15,311 nt of DNA from a virus (IMGVR_UViG_2703718816_000013), one strand, 5' to 3'; counted from the stretch's first letter, positions 1-8,700 are shown. Made by a program: numbers and translations. The notes: generated by a model not told the origin, from the letters alone.

Positions 1-525
1 GTCTGGAAATATAGGGGCAAATCCAGTGGATATGAAGGCAAGGATAAAAATCCACAGGGCATTAATATCAGGTATCGCTACGAGATAACGGATGATTTTG
101 GCGTTATCACCTCTTTTACATGGACGCGTTCTCTCACTAACTCACAGACATTTATTGATGTGCAGTCAGCCGATCATACCAGGAAGATTAAGAATCCGGC
201 AGCTTCTGCCAGAACGGATATCAGGGCGAATTACTGGAGTCTGTTAGCGGGGCCTTCATGGCGGGTTAATCAGTACATGAGTTTATATGCGATGGCAGGG
301 ATGGGCGTTGCTAAAGTTAGCGCTGACCTGAAAATTAAGGACAATATTAACAGTAGTGGCGGATTTTCTGAAAGCAACAGCACGAAAAAAACCTCCCTTG
401 CGTGGGCTGCAGGTGCACAGTTTAACCTGAATGAGAGTGTTACACTGGATGTGGCTTACGAAGGTTCCGGCTCTGGCGACTGGCGCACGAGTGGCGTTAC
501 TGCTGGCATTGGCCTGAAATTCTGA
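1..525 (+). CDS. lom: Lom/Ail/PagC/OmpX-family outer-membrane beta-barrel protein, 5'-truncated at the window edge
   Basis: Frame 1 is open from base 1 to the TGA at 523-525; the ORF track starts it at an internal GTG at 160, but the upstream codons translate without stops to ...GINIRYRYEITDDFGVITSFTWT..., which closely resembles the lambda Lom segment GINVKYRYEFTD as I recall it. The C-terminus ends in ...AGIGLKF with a terminal aromatic residue, typical of OM beta-barrels. An intrinsic terminator follows. Confidence 0.8.
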   Translation, partial: VWKYRGKSSGYEGKDKNPQGINIRYRYEITDDFGVITSFTWTRSLTNSQTFIDVQSADHTRKIKNPAASARTDIRANYWSLLAGPSWRVNQYMSLYAMAGMGVAKVSADLKIKDNINSSGGFSESNSTKKTSLAWAAGAQFNLNESVTLDVAYEGSGSGDWRTSGVTAGIGLKF

Positions 526-548
526 CCTGTATCCGGTAACCGTTTACT

Positions 549-574
549 ACCCGCTGTGATGGCGGGTTTTTTAT
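549..574 (+). terminator. Rho-independent terminator of the lom-like gene
   Basis: GC stem cccgc (550-554) pairs with gcggg (562-566) around a 7-nt loop, followed directly by a T-run (567-572), about 25 nt after the stop codon. Confidence 0.75.
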
Positions 575-609
575 TGCCCGTACAGGGCAAAAACCGTAAA
601 TTATGCGTG

Positions 610-625
610 GGTGCCTTTCGGCTGA
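610..625 (+). promoter_or_regulatory. Putative 5' fold-back element of a hok-family mRNA, complementary to 945-961
   Basis: ggtgcctttcggctga (610-625) is near-perfectly complementary to tcagccgatatggcacc (945-961), which lies downstream of the small hok-like ORF. Long-range 5'-3' pairing (fbi) is a hallmark of hok mRNAs. Confidence 0.4.
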
Positions 626-756
626 TGGCTGGAGGGAGAACCTGAAGGCCTGATGTGGAAAGGCCCCGAGTCAACTTAACGTTAACCCGAGGCCCTGACC
701 ATCATACCTTAAGCAAGTAGAAGATTAGCGCCTCTCTGTAAAAGGAGTCAAGCGCT

Positions 757-897
757 ATGTCGCAAAAATCGCTTATCACCGTCACAATTTGTATGACGGT
801 TATCTTCACTATCTGGATGTTGCACGGTTCACTGTGTGAGTTCCGGCTGAATTTGTGGGGAGCGGAGTTTGCGGCGTTCTTACAGTGTAAGCAGTAG
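757..897 (+). CDS. Hok/Gef-family type I toxin (small membrane peptide, 46 aa); not in the supplied ORF track
   Basis: ATG at 757 is preceded by a strong SD (aaaggagt, 741-748). Translation is MSQKSLITVTICMTVIFTIWMLHGSLCEFRLNLWGAEFAAFLQCKQ: an N-terminal hydrophobic helix followed by SLCE-x-R...E-x-AAF, matching the conserved Hok/Gef/RelF C-terminal signature (Hok: ...SLCEIRYRDGHREVAAF...). Stop TAG is at 895-897. Confidence 0.65.
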   Translation: MSQKSLITVTICMTVIFTIWMLHGSLCEFRLNLWGAEFAAFLQCKQ

Positions 898-906
898 GAA
901 AACCGC

Positions 907-961
907 GACGGGGACGAAAGTCCCCGTCAACTGGTTGCTGAGGTTCAGCCGATATGGCACC
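907..961 (+). promoter_or_regulatory. 3' structured region of the putative hok transcript (perfect 8-bp hairpin plus 3' fbi partner)
   Basis: gacgggga (907-914) pairs with tccccgtc (921-928) around a 6-nt loop, 10 nt after the hok-like stop, with no U-tract after it. The 945-961 segment is complementary to 610-625. Confidence 0.4.
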
Positions 962-964
962 TGT

Positions 965-1248
965 TTGCAGAGTATGTTTTATACAATGCAGGCTGACAGA
1001 GAGAGGTAATATTTATCAATGGTAAATAATAACTACAGAAAATGTTTTGTTTTTTCTGAGTAATACTGGTGTTATTTAGGGGAAGTTTTTGATGCGTATT
1101 GCATCCTTGTGATTTTAATTGTTAATTTTTCTTAACTCATTGATTTTAATATTTTATTTGCCTTGTTATTGTGAGTAGTATCCCTGAAGACATTTGCGTT
1201 CCGAATGTCAACATATTTATAACATGATTTAACATAAGGGTACACATC
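965..1248 (+). promoter_or_regulatory. AT-rich upstream/promoter region of the adhesin gene
   Basis: Visibly AT-rich stretch with a repeated gattttaat motif (about 1111-1119 and 1142-1150) immediately upstream of the autotransporter start. Typical of horizontally acquired, H-NS-type silenced promoters. No specific -35/-10 assigned. Confidence 0.3.
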
Positions 1249-2451
1249 ATGAAAATCATGAAAAAGGCAAGCAAGCTATTGTTGGCTTTAATGCCGGCAT
1301 TAAGCCTGTCGGTATTTTCTGTCGGGGCGTATGCCAGTGGTTATTCCGTTACACCTGAAACTCTGAATAGTAATGCAATAAAGCATGCGGATTTCTTGAA
1401 AGGTATCGGTGTATATAAACAAGATGGATATCCATTAATTAAGCTTGAGAATGGTAAGGTTATTTCTCTTGACGGGAATACACCAACCTCATTAAATATA
1501 GACGCTGTTTCCGGTAAATATTTGAAATATACCTTAATTGATTATGGTAAGGCTGGCCTGACAGATACCGAGTTAGCTGCTCCAAGGGGAGACATCGTCT
1601 CATATTATGATTACGCGAATGAGACAGCTTATTTTGTAAACACAAAAACCAATCAAATTCTGTTTAGTGCAGATGGCGAAGGAGTTGTCTCGACTGTAGG
1701 CGCTGATGGAAAAACATATTCAAGACATATTCCTGAAATCAGTGAATATATTTATGAAATTAAAATGAAGGCTGTGCAATATGGAGCCACTATTGACACT
1801 GGTCTTTCTGCTGCAGATGTAACAGATATTCACGCCCGTCTGTCATCTCTGGGCACCGGTAAAACTCAGGTTGGTGGCGGGGCAACGGCAGGCGGAGAAA
1901 ACGCCACTGCTGTCGGTTACAACGCCATTGCAAACCATACGAACAGTGTTGCTGTAGGGGCTAACTCTCAGACCACTCGCCCCGATGAAGTTAATGTGGG
2001 GAATCGTGTAATTGGTGGGCTTCGTGATGGTGTTCAGGCTGCGGATGCCGCAACCTATGGTCAGTTAGAGCGCTATCGTATTGCAGAAGAGAATGCCCGT
2101 ATTCAGGGTGATGCACAGACACTGAAGTCTGCTAATACCTACACAGATAACCGGGTCAGTACCCTGGAGCGTAGTACTAATCAGCAATTCCGTCAGTTAC
2201 GTGATGAGGTGGAGAAAAACCGTAAACGTGCAGATGCAGGTATTGCAGGAGCAATGGCGATGACTGCCATTCCTGTTGTTGAGGGTAAAACGTACTCCTT
2301 TGGTATGGCTGCAAGTAACTACCGTGATGAGCAGGCTATCGCAGCAGGTATGCACTTCCGCACCACTGAAAATTCTGCTGTACGTTTGAATGCTTCATGG
2401 GATACCCAGAACGGTTCAGGTGTTGCTGCGGGTATGTCTGTCGGCTGGTAA
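1249..2451 (+). CDS. Trimeric autotransporter adhesin (YadA-like C-terminal anchor; Eib/YadA-type), 400 aa
   Basis: N-terminal signal peptide (MKIMKKASKLLLALMPALSLSVFSVGAYA). Glycine-rich head/neck-like repeats (GGGATAGGENATAVGYNAIAN...SVAVGANSQ), a coiled-coil stalk, and a C-terminal membrane anchor ending ...SFGMAASNYRDEQAIAAGMHFRTTENSAVRLNASWDTQNGSGVAAGMSVGW with a terminal W. Size is comparable to prophage-borne E. coli Eib proteins. Confidence 0.85.
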   Translation: MKIMKKASKLLLALMPALSLSVFSVGAYASGYSVTPETLNSNAIKHADFLKGIGVYKQDGYPLIKLENGKVISLDGNTPTSLNIDAVSGKYLKYTLIDYGKAGLTDTELAAPRGDIVSYYDYANETAYFVNTKTNQILFSADGEGVVSTVGADGKTYSRHIPEISEYIYEIKMKAVQYGATIDTGLSAADVTDIHARLSSLGTGKTQVGGGATAGGENATAVGYNAIANHTNSVAVGANSQTTRPDEVNVGNRVIGGLRDGVQAADAATYGQLERYRIAEENARIQGDAQTLKSANTYTDNRVSTLERSTNQQFRQLRDEVEKNRKRADAGIAGAMAMTAIPVVEGKTYSFGMAASNYRDEQAIAAGMHFRTTENSAVRLNASWDTQNGSGVAAGMSVGW

Positions 2452-2562
2452 TTTATTTTTTGCGGAGAACGCCAGCCGTGTTGGTTATCGGAAGCGTTCT
2501 CCGTCATCCTTCTGTCGCTGAAGACACAGCACAGTCACATTGTTCTTTTTTGTGGTGAGAGT

Positions 2563-2940
2563 GTGAGTGAAAAAATTCTCCGGTATATGCAGCGTGTGGT
2601 GAGAAATTCCCGCAACCCTGAATTTATGAATGAAGTTAAAGACGCCTGCTTTAAAAAGCAGGCGTTTTGTTTTGAGGCACCTGATGGCTTTCTGGTGCTG
2701 CGTTCTGTGCTCAGTGCTGATGGTATCCCTTATGTTCTGGTGTTGCTGGGCGTGTGTACGGGGAGTAACAGTGTTGAGCGTTATCTGCCGGAGGTGAAGA
2801 CATTAACCCGTCTGGCTGGCGGACGTTGGGCTGAATTTCATACGGCAAGGCGGGGATTTATCCGGCTGGGAAAACGTCTGGGCTTTGAGCGAATGCCGGA
2901 TGATGAGGATGGCTTCATGGTGTTCAGGATAGCGGTCTGA
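2563..2940 (+). CDS. Hypothetical protein (125 aa from GTG at 2563; alternative ATG start at 2587)
   Basis: Open frame ending at TGA 2938-2940, directly followed by an intrinsic terminator. No recognisable motif by eye and start codon uncertain. Confidence 0.5.
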   Translation: MSEKILRYMQRVVRNSRNPEFMNEVKDACFKKQAFCFEAPDGFLVLRSVLSADGIPYVLVLLGVCTGSNSVERYLPEVKTLTRLAGGRWAEFHTARRGFIRLGKRLGFERMPDDEDGFMVFRIAV

Positions 2941-2993
2941 CTGCCACAGTTTTCATCATCGTGTTTAAACCAACATTGCAATTCACATTCTGA

Positions 2994-3017
2994 CCCTGCT
3001 CCGGCAGGGTTTTTTTA
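2994..3017 (+). terminator. Rho-independent terminator
   Basis: ccctgc (2994-2999) pairs with gcaggg (3004-3009) around a 4-nt loop, followed by a T-run (3010-3016). It sits only a few nt before the RBS of the next gene. Confidence 0.7.
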
Positions 3018-3034
3018 TTATCCAGGGGGCCATT

Positions 3035-3691
3035 ATGGGTGGAAGTAAAGGTGGTGGTGATACCAAAGTAAAACCAACAGCAGCGCAAATAGCACAGGAA
3101 GAAGTGGCTTGGAAAGGGTGGCAGGATTACAAAAATATCCTCCGCCCGGCTGAAGATAACTTCATGGAAAAGGTCGATGACCTGAACAGTGAGCAGCAGT
3201 ACGACAATATTGCTGGCACGACAAATCTGGGGTATCAAAAACAGTTTGGCGAAGCGCGGAAGGAGCTGGCAAGTAATCTCACTCGGTCCGGTGTTGACCC
3301 GTCCAGTGGTCGCTTTAACGCGGTAATGAATGCGAACCAGAGTGATCAGGTAACCGGGCAGATTGACACAACCACACGGGGGCAGGTATCGCAGGCAGAT
3401 AAGTATGTTGCCGGGCTACAGGATGTTGCTGCTCTCGGTTCTGGTCAGAAGGCGGATGCGTTACAGAGTTTTAACTCTCTGGCAGACAGCAGTCTGGCAA
3501 AAGCTAAATCGGATGCACAGGCGGCGTTTACGAAACAGCAGGGGCGAGCCTCTCTTGTTGGCGCTGGTCTGGGTGCGGCAGGTGCATATGCGATGCATAA
3601 GGCTGGCGGTAGCGGAGGAAGTGGCGGTGCTAAAACACCTGGCACTGGCGCTAATGCCATTCAGCATCAGGCTCAGAACTGGAGACTGTGA
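3035..3691 (+). CDS. Hypothetical Gly/Ala/Gln-rich protein (218 aa), first gene of a 4-gene operon
   Basis: ATG 3035 with RBS aggggg (3024-3029). No signal peptide (MGGSKGGGDTK...). C-terminal Gly/Ala-rich tract (GAGLGAAGAYAMHKAGGSGGSGG). Stop TGA at 3689-3691 lies 2 nt before the next start. Confidence 0.7.
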   Translation: MGGSKGGGDTKVKPTAAQIAQEEVAWKGWQDYKNILRPAEDNFMEKVDDLNSEQQYDNIAGTTNLGYQKQFGEARKELASNLTRSGVDPSSGRFNAVMNANQSDQVTGQIDTTTRGQVSQADKYVAGLQDVAALGSGQKADALQSFNSLADSSLAKAKSDAQAAFTKQQGRASLVGAGLGAAGAYAMHKAGGSGGSGGAKTPGTGANAIQHQAQNWRL

Positions 3692-3693
3692 TT

Positions 3694-4140
3694 ATGGAGT
3701 ACGGTAAATACGAAACACTTGCGAGATACGGTTATACCGGAGCAGCCCGCCCTCCGGGGGACTGGCAGACATCCGCAGCGCTGACCCGCCAGCAATACGA
3801 CGACTGGCGCACCAGATATTTACCCCGTGTAGCAAGGCTGGCTGACCTTGGGGAGAACAACAGTCTGATGAATCCACAGCTTGCACGGGTGGGAGGCCTT
3901 GCCACTTCCAGTCTCCGTACAGCGCAGATGGCGCAGGATAACCAGATGGCGAGATACGGGGTAAGCCGCCCGGATAATCCCGACAGTAATACGCTGGGGT
4001 TACGTAATGCCCTGGCAATAGCAGGTGCGAAAAATGGTATCCGTGAAGCCGAACAGGATCGCCAGATGAATATTCTGACGGGGGCTTCTGCACCGGCAAG
4101 ACAGAAACTGAGTGTTGGCGGACAACTGGTGGCAGCGTAA
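3694..4140 (+). CDS. Hypothetical protein (148 aa from ATG 3694; ORF track starts at GTG 3688)
   Basis: RBS ggag (3681-3684) is correctly spaced for ATG 3694 and too close to GTG 3688. Hydrophilic protein with no signal peptide. Confidence 0.65.
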   Translation: MEYGKYETLARYGYTGAARPPGDWQTSAALTRQQYDDWRTRYLPRVARLADLGENNSLMNPQLARVGGLATSSLRTAQMAQDNQMARYGVSRPDNPDSNTLGLRNALAIAGAKNGIREAEQDRQMNILTGASAPARQKLSVGGQLVAA

Positions 4141-4149
4141 GGGGGCAAT

Positions 4150-4422
4150 ATGGGATACGGTTTACTGGATATTGCAAATCAGTCGCGGCGTGAGGCATTA
4201 CAGGGAATAAGTGACGCAGACAGACGACGTACAGAGATTGAGGCATCAAATAAACAACTGGCTGCTCAACAGAAAGCTCAGAAAAAACAGAATATCGGTA
4301 CGGGCATTGGTACGGGGGCCACTATCGGGGCGACTGTTGGTTCAGCAGTACCGGTAGTGGGGACAGCCGTCGGCGCTGTTGCTGGTGCAGTAATTGGCGG
4401 CATTGCAGGCGCTTTGTTTTAA
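4150..4422 (+). CDS. Small protein with C-terminal glycine-zipper hydrophobic segment (90 aa); probable membrane-anchored peptide
   Basis: RBS aaggggg precedes ATG 4150. Charged, coiled N-terminal half, then GTGIGTGATIGATVGSAVPVVGTAVGAVAGAVIGGIAGALF with GxxxG/AxxxG spacing. Confidence 0.7.
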   Translation: MGYGLLDIANQSRREALQGISDADRRRTEIEASNKQLAAQQKAQKKQNIGTGIGTGATIGATVGSAVPVVGTAVGAVAGAVIGGIAGALF

Positions 4423-4432
4423 GGAGTGGTGA

Positions 4433-5698
4433 ATGAGCGGATTTGCACAGGGGTTACTTGCCGGATTCAGCACTGTTGACCAGGCAATGACCCGTCGTAA
4501 GGAGCTTGGTTTGCGAGAAGCACAGCTTGCTCAGCAACAGAAAAATAACGAGCGCGATTTTGAATTTGCGCAGTCTCAGTTTGAACATAATAAAGACGTT
4601 GATCAGCGGAACTTTGATTACAGAGCCAAAGTTGATGACCGCAATTACACACTGCAGGAAAGGGAGTTTAACGCCAACCAGAATTACCGGAATGCGTCGC
4701 TGGGGATGGAACAGCAACGACTCCAGTTGCAGAAATACAACCAGCGACGGCTTGAGTATAACGATATGCTGGCGCGCGATCAGCCTGTGATGGCGGCGCT
4801 GGGAAAAGCGATTGATGCGGGTGACCATGATGCGGCTTCTCATCTGTTCGGTAAATTATCGGACGCCAATCCGCTTAAGATGATGTCAACGGTAGGCTAT
4901 GCTGCGAAAGCGGGTCAGGCCGTGAACAACCTGCAGAAAATCTTTGATGATAAGCCGGACAGGGCGATTGCTTCGCTGAATACCCCGGAAAATCTCGATG
5001 TGCTTTCCGGCGTGTTTGCCCCGGAACTACAACAGCGTATTGGCATGCCTGATTCAACCGGGAAAAAAACGATAAAAGAGGCCAGGATTGGCAGTATCGT
5101 ACCGGCGCAGCAGGAAGGGTACGTACTTATTGGCCTTGATCTCACATACAGCGATGGCTCCACCGCGCATAAACCTGTAACAGAATACGGCAGTGCGCAC
5201 CCTGATGATCAAACCGTGCTGGCGATACCCGTTGATAAGGCTATCGCTCAGGTCAGGGATCGCAGCAAATTTGCAGAGATATCGAAAAATTATGGTTATT
5301 TTATGCCGAAGCAGCAGGGACTTTCTCTGAAAGAGCTTCAGAAGGGGGCCAGCAACGTAGCGGCGGACGCGATCAAGAATGGCGGTAATGCTCAGGCTGC
5401 GGTGGATGAATATTATGCTGCGACTGGTTCACAACCGCATCAACAGAAAATTCAGCAACAAAAACTTCAGCAACAGGTTATCAACTGGGCGGGAGATGAT
5501 CCTGATAAGCTGTCATTTGCCAGAAATGTAGCGGCCCGTCAGCCTGAAATGCTGGAACCTCAGAATCAGAAATTGCTGGAGAACGGGTATGCGAATTTTC
5601 TCCGTATTCAAAAGGCCAGGGGGGAACAGGCCAGAGATGAAAGTGCTTCATCTGCATCTCAGTTTATCCGTGGACTGAAACAGAATTACGCCCAGTAA
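4433..5698 (+). CDS. Hypothetical coiled-coil, Q-rich protein (421 aa)
   Basis: RBS aggag (4422-4426) precedes ATG 4433, 10 nt after the upstream stop. Q/E/R-rich heptad-like N-terminal region and a QQKIQQQKLQQQ tract. Followed by a strong terminator. Confidence 0.7.
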   Translation: MSGFAQGLLAGFSTVDQAMTRRKELGLREAQLAQQQKNNERDFEFAQSQFEHNKDVDQRNFDYRAKVDDRNYTLQEREFNANQNYRNASLGMEQQRLQLQKYNQRRLEYNDMLARDQPVMAALGKAIDAGDHDAASHLFGKLSDANPLKMMSTVGYAAKAGQAVNNLQKIFDDKPDRAIASLNTPENLDVLSGVFAPELQQRIGMPDSTGKKTIKEARIGSIVPAQQEGYVLIGLDLTYSDGSTAHKPVTEYGSAHPDDQTVLAIPVDKAIAQVRDRSKFAEISKNYGYFMPKQQGLSLKELQKGASNVAADAIKNGGNAQAAVDEYYAATGSQPHQQKIQQQKLQQQVINWAGDDPDKLSFARNVAARQPEMLEPQNQKLLENGYANFLRIQKARGEQARDESASSASQFIRGLKQNYAQ

Positions 5699-5731
5699 TT
5701 CACGATATTCCATTAATACCATTTCCTGATG

Positions 5732-5756
5732 CCCGGCCATTGTGCCGGGTTTTTTT
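5732..5756 (+). terminator. Rho-independent terminator between the 4-gene operon and the giant gene
   Basis: cccggc (5732-5737) pairs with gccggg (5744-5749), a perfect 6-bp GC stem with a 6-nt loop, followed by a T-run (5750-5756). It lies inside the N-terminal extension of the ORF-track call (5729 start), arguing for a downstream true start. Confidence 0.75.
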
Positions 5757-5767
5757 ATGGAGTCTGT

Positions 5768-8700
5768 ATGGCCTATTCAGAGGAACAGCGTCCTGAGGCG
5801 CAACTCGGTAACCAGAATCGTAACAGCCTGAACATTCAGCAACCCGGCGAAACTGACAGCTATGAAGCATTTTTCTCTGATCCGAATCGCTGGAAGGATA
5901 ACAGTACGTCGTTCAGCCTGGGCGATGTATTGCCAACAATGGGTAAAGGTTTCGCCCAGTCCGTCCGGGGAACAGGGGAAATGGCCCGTGGACTCGGTGA
6001 TGCGATGATTCAGAGCCCGGTAAAAACAGGGGCGCGTATTTTAAATGAGTTCAGCCGTATGGGGCTGCCGGGTGTCGCAACTGTGCAGGATATTTTTGCC
6101 GGTGGCAGCAGGGGGGCTGATGAGGTCATCGATACCCTGCCTGATGGCAAAAACGCGGTTACTGATACTGTCGGTAAAGGTCTGAAGGCAACCGGTAAGG
6201 CTGTCAGTGATGGTGCTGAAGCCACTGATGAATGGCTGACCGGTAAGATGTCGCCGGGTGCAGTTCGTGCGCTGAATACGCCGATGACCGAAGGCTATGA
6301 TGATTCTGCGGTCTGGGTGGCGAAGGGTGTAAACCTGATTGGTGCGCTTGTACCTGATATGGTTGTTGGCGGTGTGGCTAAAAAGGTGGGTGATGTCACA
6401 CTGCGAAAAATGCTGACCGCCGGGCTGGAGAAAAAATACATCGCGGCAGGGATGCAGCCGGAAAGAGCCACGGCACTGGCAGCAGAAGCTGTCGATAAAA
6501 AAATGCCGGATTTATTCCAGGCGGGCCTGATCACCCATTCCACAGCCAGTGCACAGGGGCAGAGTGCAATGGCGGCAGCAGATGCTGTTCTTAATGCGGA
6601 TTACTCTGAGCTGGCGCAGTCACCGAAATTTCAGCAGACGTTTTTGTCCATTGACGCCGACCCGCAGCACGCACAGCTTACTGATCGCCAGAAAATGGAT
6701 CTGGCAAAAGAGCGTGTTGCCGATGAGGTGCGCGCGCAGCTGGCAACCGATCCTGAATTGCTGGCTGTGAATGCCATGGCGGCAAAACTGGGTGACGCAC
6801 AACTGTTTAATCTGGTGACACGAGGCACAGCGAAGACCGTTAAAAGCGGCATTGTCAGAAATGCCACGGAACAGGGGGCGATTAATGCGGCGCAGGGCGG
6901 CTATTCACGCTATCAGGAAAACACGGCATTGCGTGAGACCGCCGGAATGGATGTGTCACCGTGGGAGGGCGTGGCTGACGCAACGATCGAAGGTGCAGCC
7001 TTTGGTGCTGCGATGGGGGCTCCATCCGGTGCGGTTGCCGGATATCGTGGCAGACGTCAGGCCGCAGAAGAAACCGCCATGCGTGATGCTGAAACCGTGC
7101 AGCAGGACGACGCAGCCCCGCAACCAGAATCTGTTGATCCGGTGGCGCAGCAGCGTGAATCCATGCAGGGCATGAATCGCGAGCAGCTTCTGGAGCAGTA
7201 TGCTGATGCGGATATGGCAACAGAGGGTGACGCATCCGCAGCTCATCGCCGGGAAGCTGCCAGCCAGTTGTTGAATGAACTGGACGAACAGGCGAAGCGA
7301 CAGGCTGTGATGAATGAGCTGAAGGCGAAGCCGCGTTCTGAACTGCTTGAGGAATACCGCAGACTCAGCCAGAAAGAGGGGCGCACCGAGACTGAAGAAC
7401 AACAGTTTCAGGCAATACGAGAAGTCATTCGCCCACAACAGGAAGTGACGCCGGAAGCACAGTCACAGCCTGAAAATGCGGAGGATGGTAACGGGAGCAT
7501 TTACCCGACGGTGCGGTTCCGGGACCCGAATGAAGTCCGCATTGAAATTAACGGGAATGGTGCGTCCAGACCAGCGGAACGCATTGAAAAGGTGCGCCCG
7601 GACAACCGTTATTTCACGGATGAGAAAAGCGCCATGGGGAGTGATGTTTTCCGTAATGCCGCCGCCACCGGCCTGAAACCGTCCGTAGTGAAGAAAGGCG
7701 AGAATCAGTATGCCGTTGAAATGGATAATCCTGCGTTCTCTGAAGATGTGGCAACGGAAACCATTAACACCCTGGCTGACGGAGAGCGTATTGCTGATGC
7801 TGACCCGATGGAGCAGCCCGCGTTCATGCGTGACCCGCGATTCCGTGGTTTCACGGGGGATGATACGGAGGTACAGGCCCGCCTTGCCCGTGGCAATGCG
7901 CCGACGGCGGAGGAGCTTGTACGTTCACAGATGGCTGAAGGTGATGCCGGTCCGACAGCACAGGAGTTAACTGAGCGTCCACGCCTGCCCGCTCCCGGCG
8001 ATATTCATCCCGGACAGGGATATCCGTTACCGGGAGAGGTGGCGCGTACGCCGGATGAGAATCAGGCCGGACGTGGTGGTCGTTTTACCACAACCGGTGA
8101 GGTTAAGGGCCAGAGTTTCCAGAAAGGACAAGCTCCGGCACCGGAAAACGCCGCTGGTCGCCAGGGGGAAACACTCGAGGGTGAAATGGTTCGTCGTGGT
8201 CTGCCGTCACCGGATGCGCAGAACGCGACAGCACCGGTACGTGAAGGGCTACCGGCTCCTGACATTGCGCGTAATGTTCGTATGCCTCAGCCTGAATCAC
8301 TTCCCCGCACTGTACGGGACTCACTGCCTGAGCTTGCACAGCAGGCAGAAGTACGCCGACAGGCCGGAGGAAATCGTGACATCCCGCAGCCTGAGACAAT
8401 CGCACCTGAATCTGAAACAACTGTCTCTACTGACAGGGAAGCTACCGTGCGCGGAGGTGAAGTCAGGGGCAAAAAAATTGAAGACTTTGGCGAGGAAATT
8501 AAAGGGGCAGCCAAACACCGTTATGCACAGCTTGCTGAAACACTGGGTAAAACGCTGGAAGACAGGGATTATGCCACGCAGCCGCTGAGCAAACTGTTCC
8601 CGAAACCGGACTACGCAAAACTGGCGAACGAAGGTGCCGATGCTGACACTCTGGCAATGATAGCGCTGTATCGTAGCGATATTCCGGCGAAGACGAAACA

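Noticed and set aside
456-674. 72-aa - strand ORF overlapping the lom 3' end and its terminator
   Set aside because: It spans a terminator hairpin and an intergenic region, and has no RBS or recognisable product. It lies mostly upstream of where a Sok-like antisense RNA would map and is unlikely to be protein-coding.
625-680. Possible mok-like overlapping reading frame upstream of the hok-like ORF
   Set aside because: Only very short frames (ATG 625 and ATG 653, each under 10 codons) are present, so no mok equivalent is called; the hok-like ORF has its own strong SD.
1460-1645. 61-aa - strand ORF inside the adhesin gene, and 2319-2507 - ORF overlapping its 3' end
   Set aside because: Antisense frames within a strongly supported autotransporter CDS; no start signals.
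3363-3707. 114-aa + strand ORF overlapping the 218-aa gene in another frame, plus antisense ORFs at 3445-3667
   Set aside because: Arg-rich out-of-frame translations within a well-supported gene; no independent start signals.
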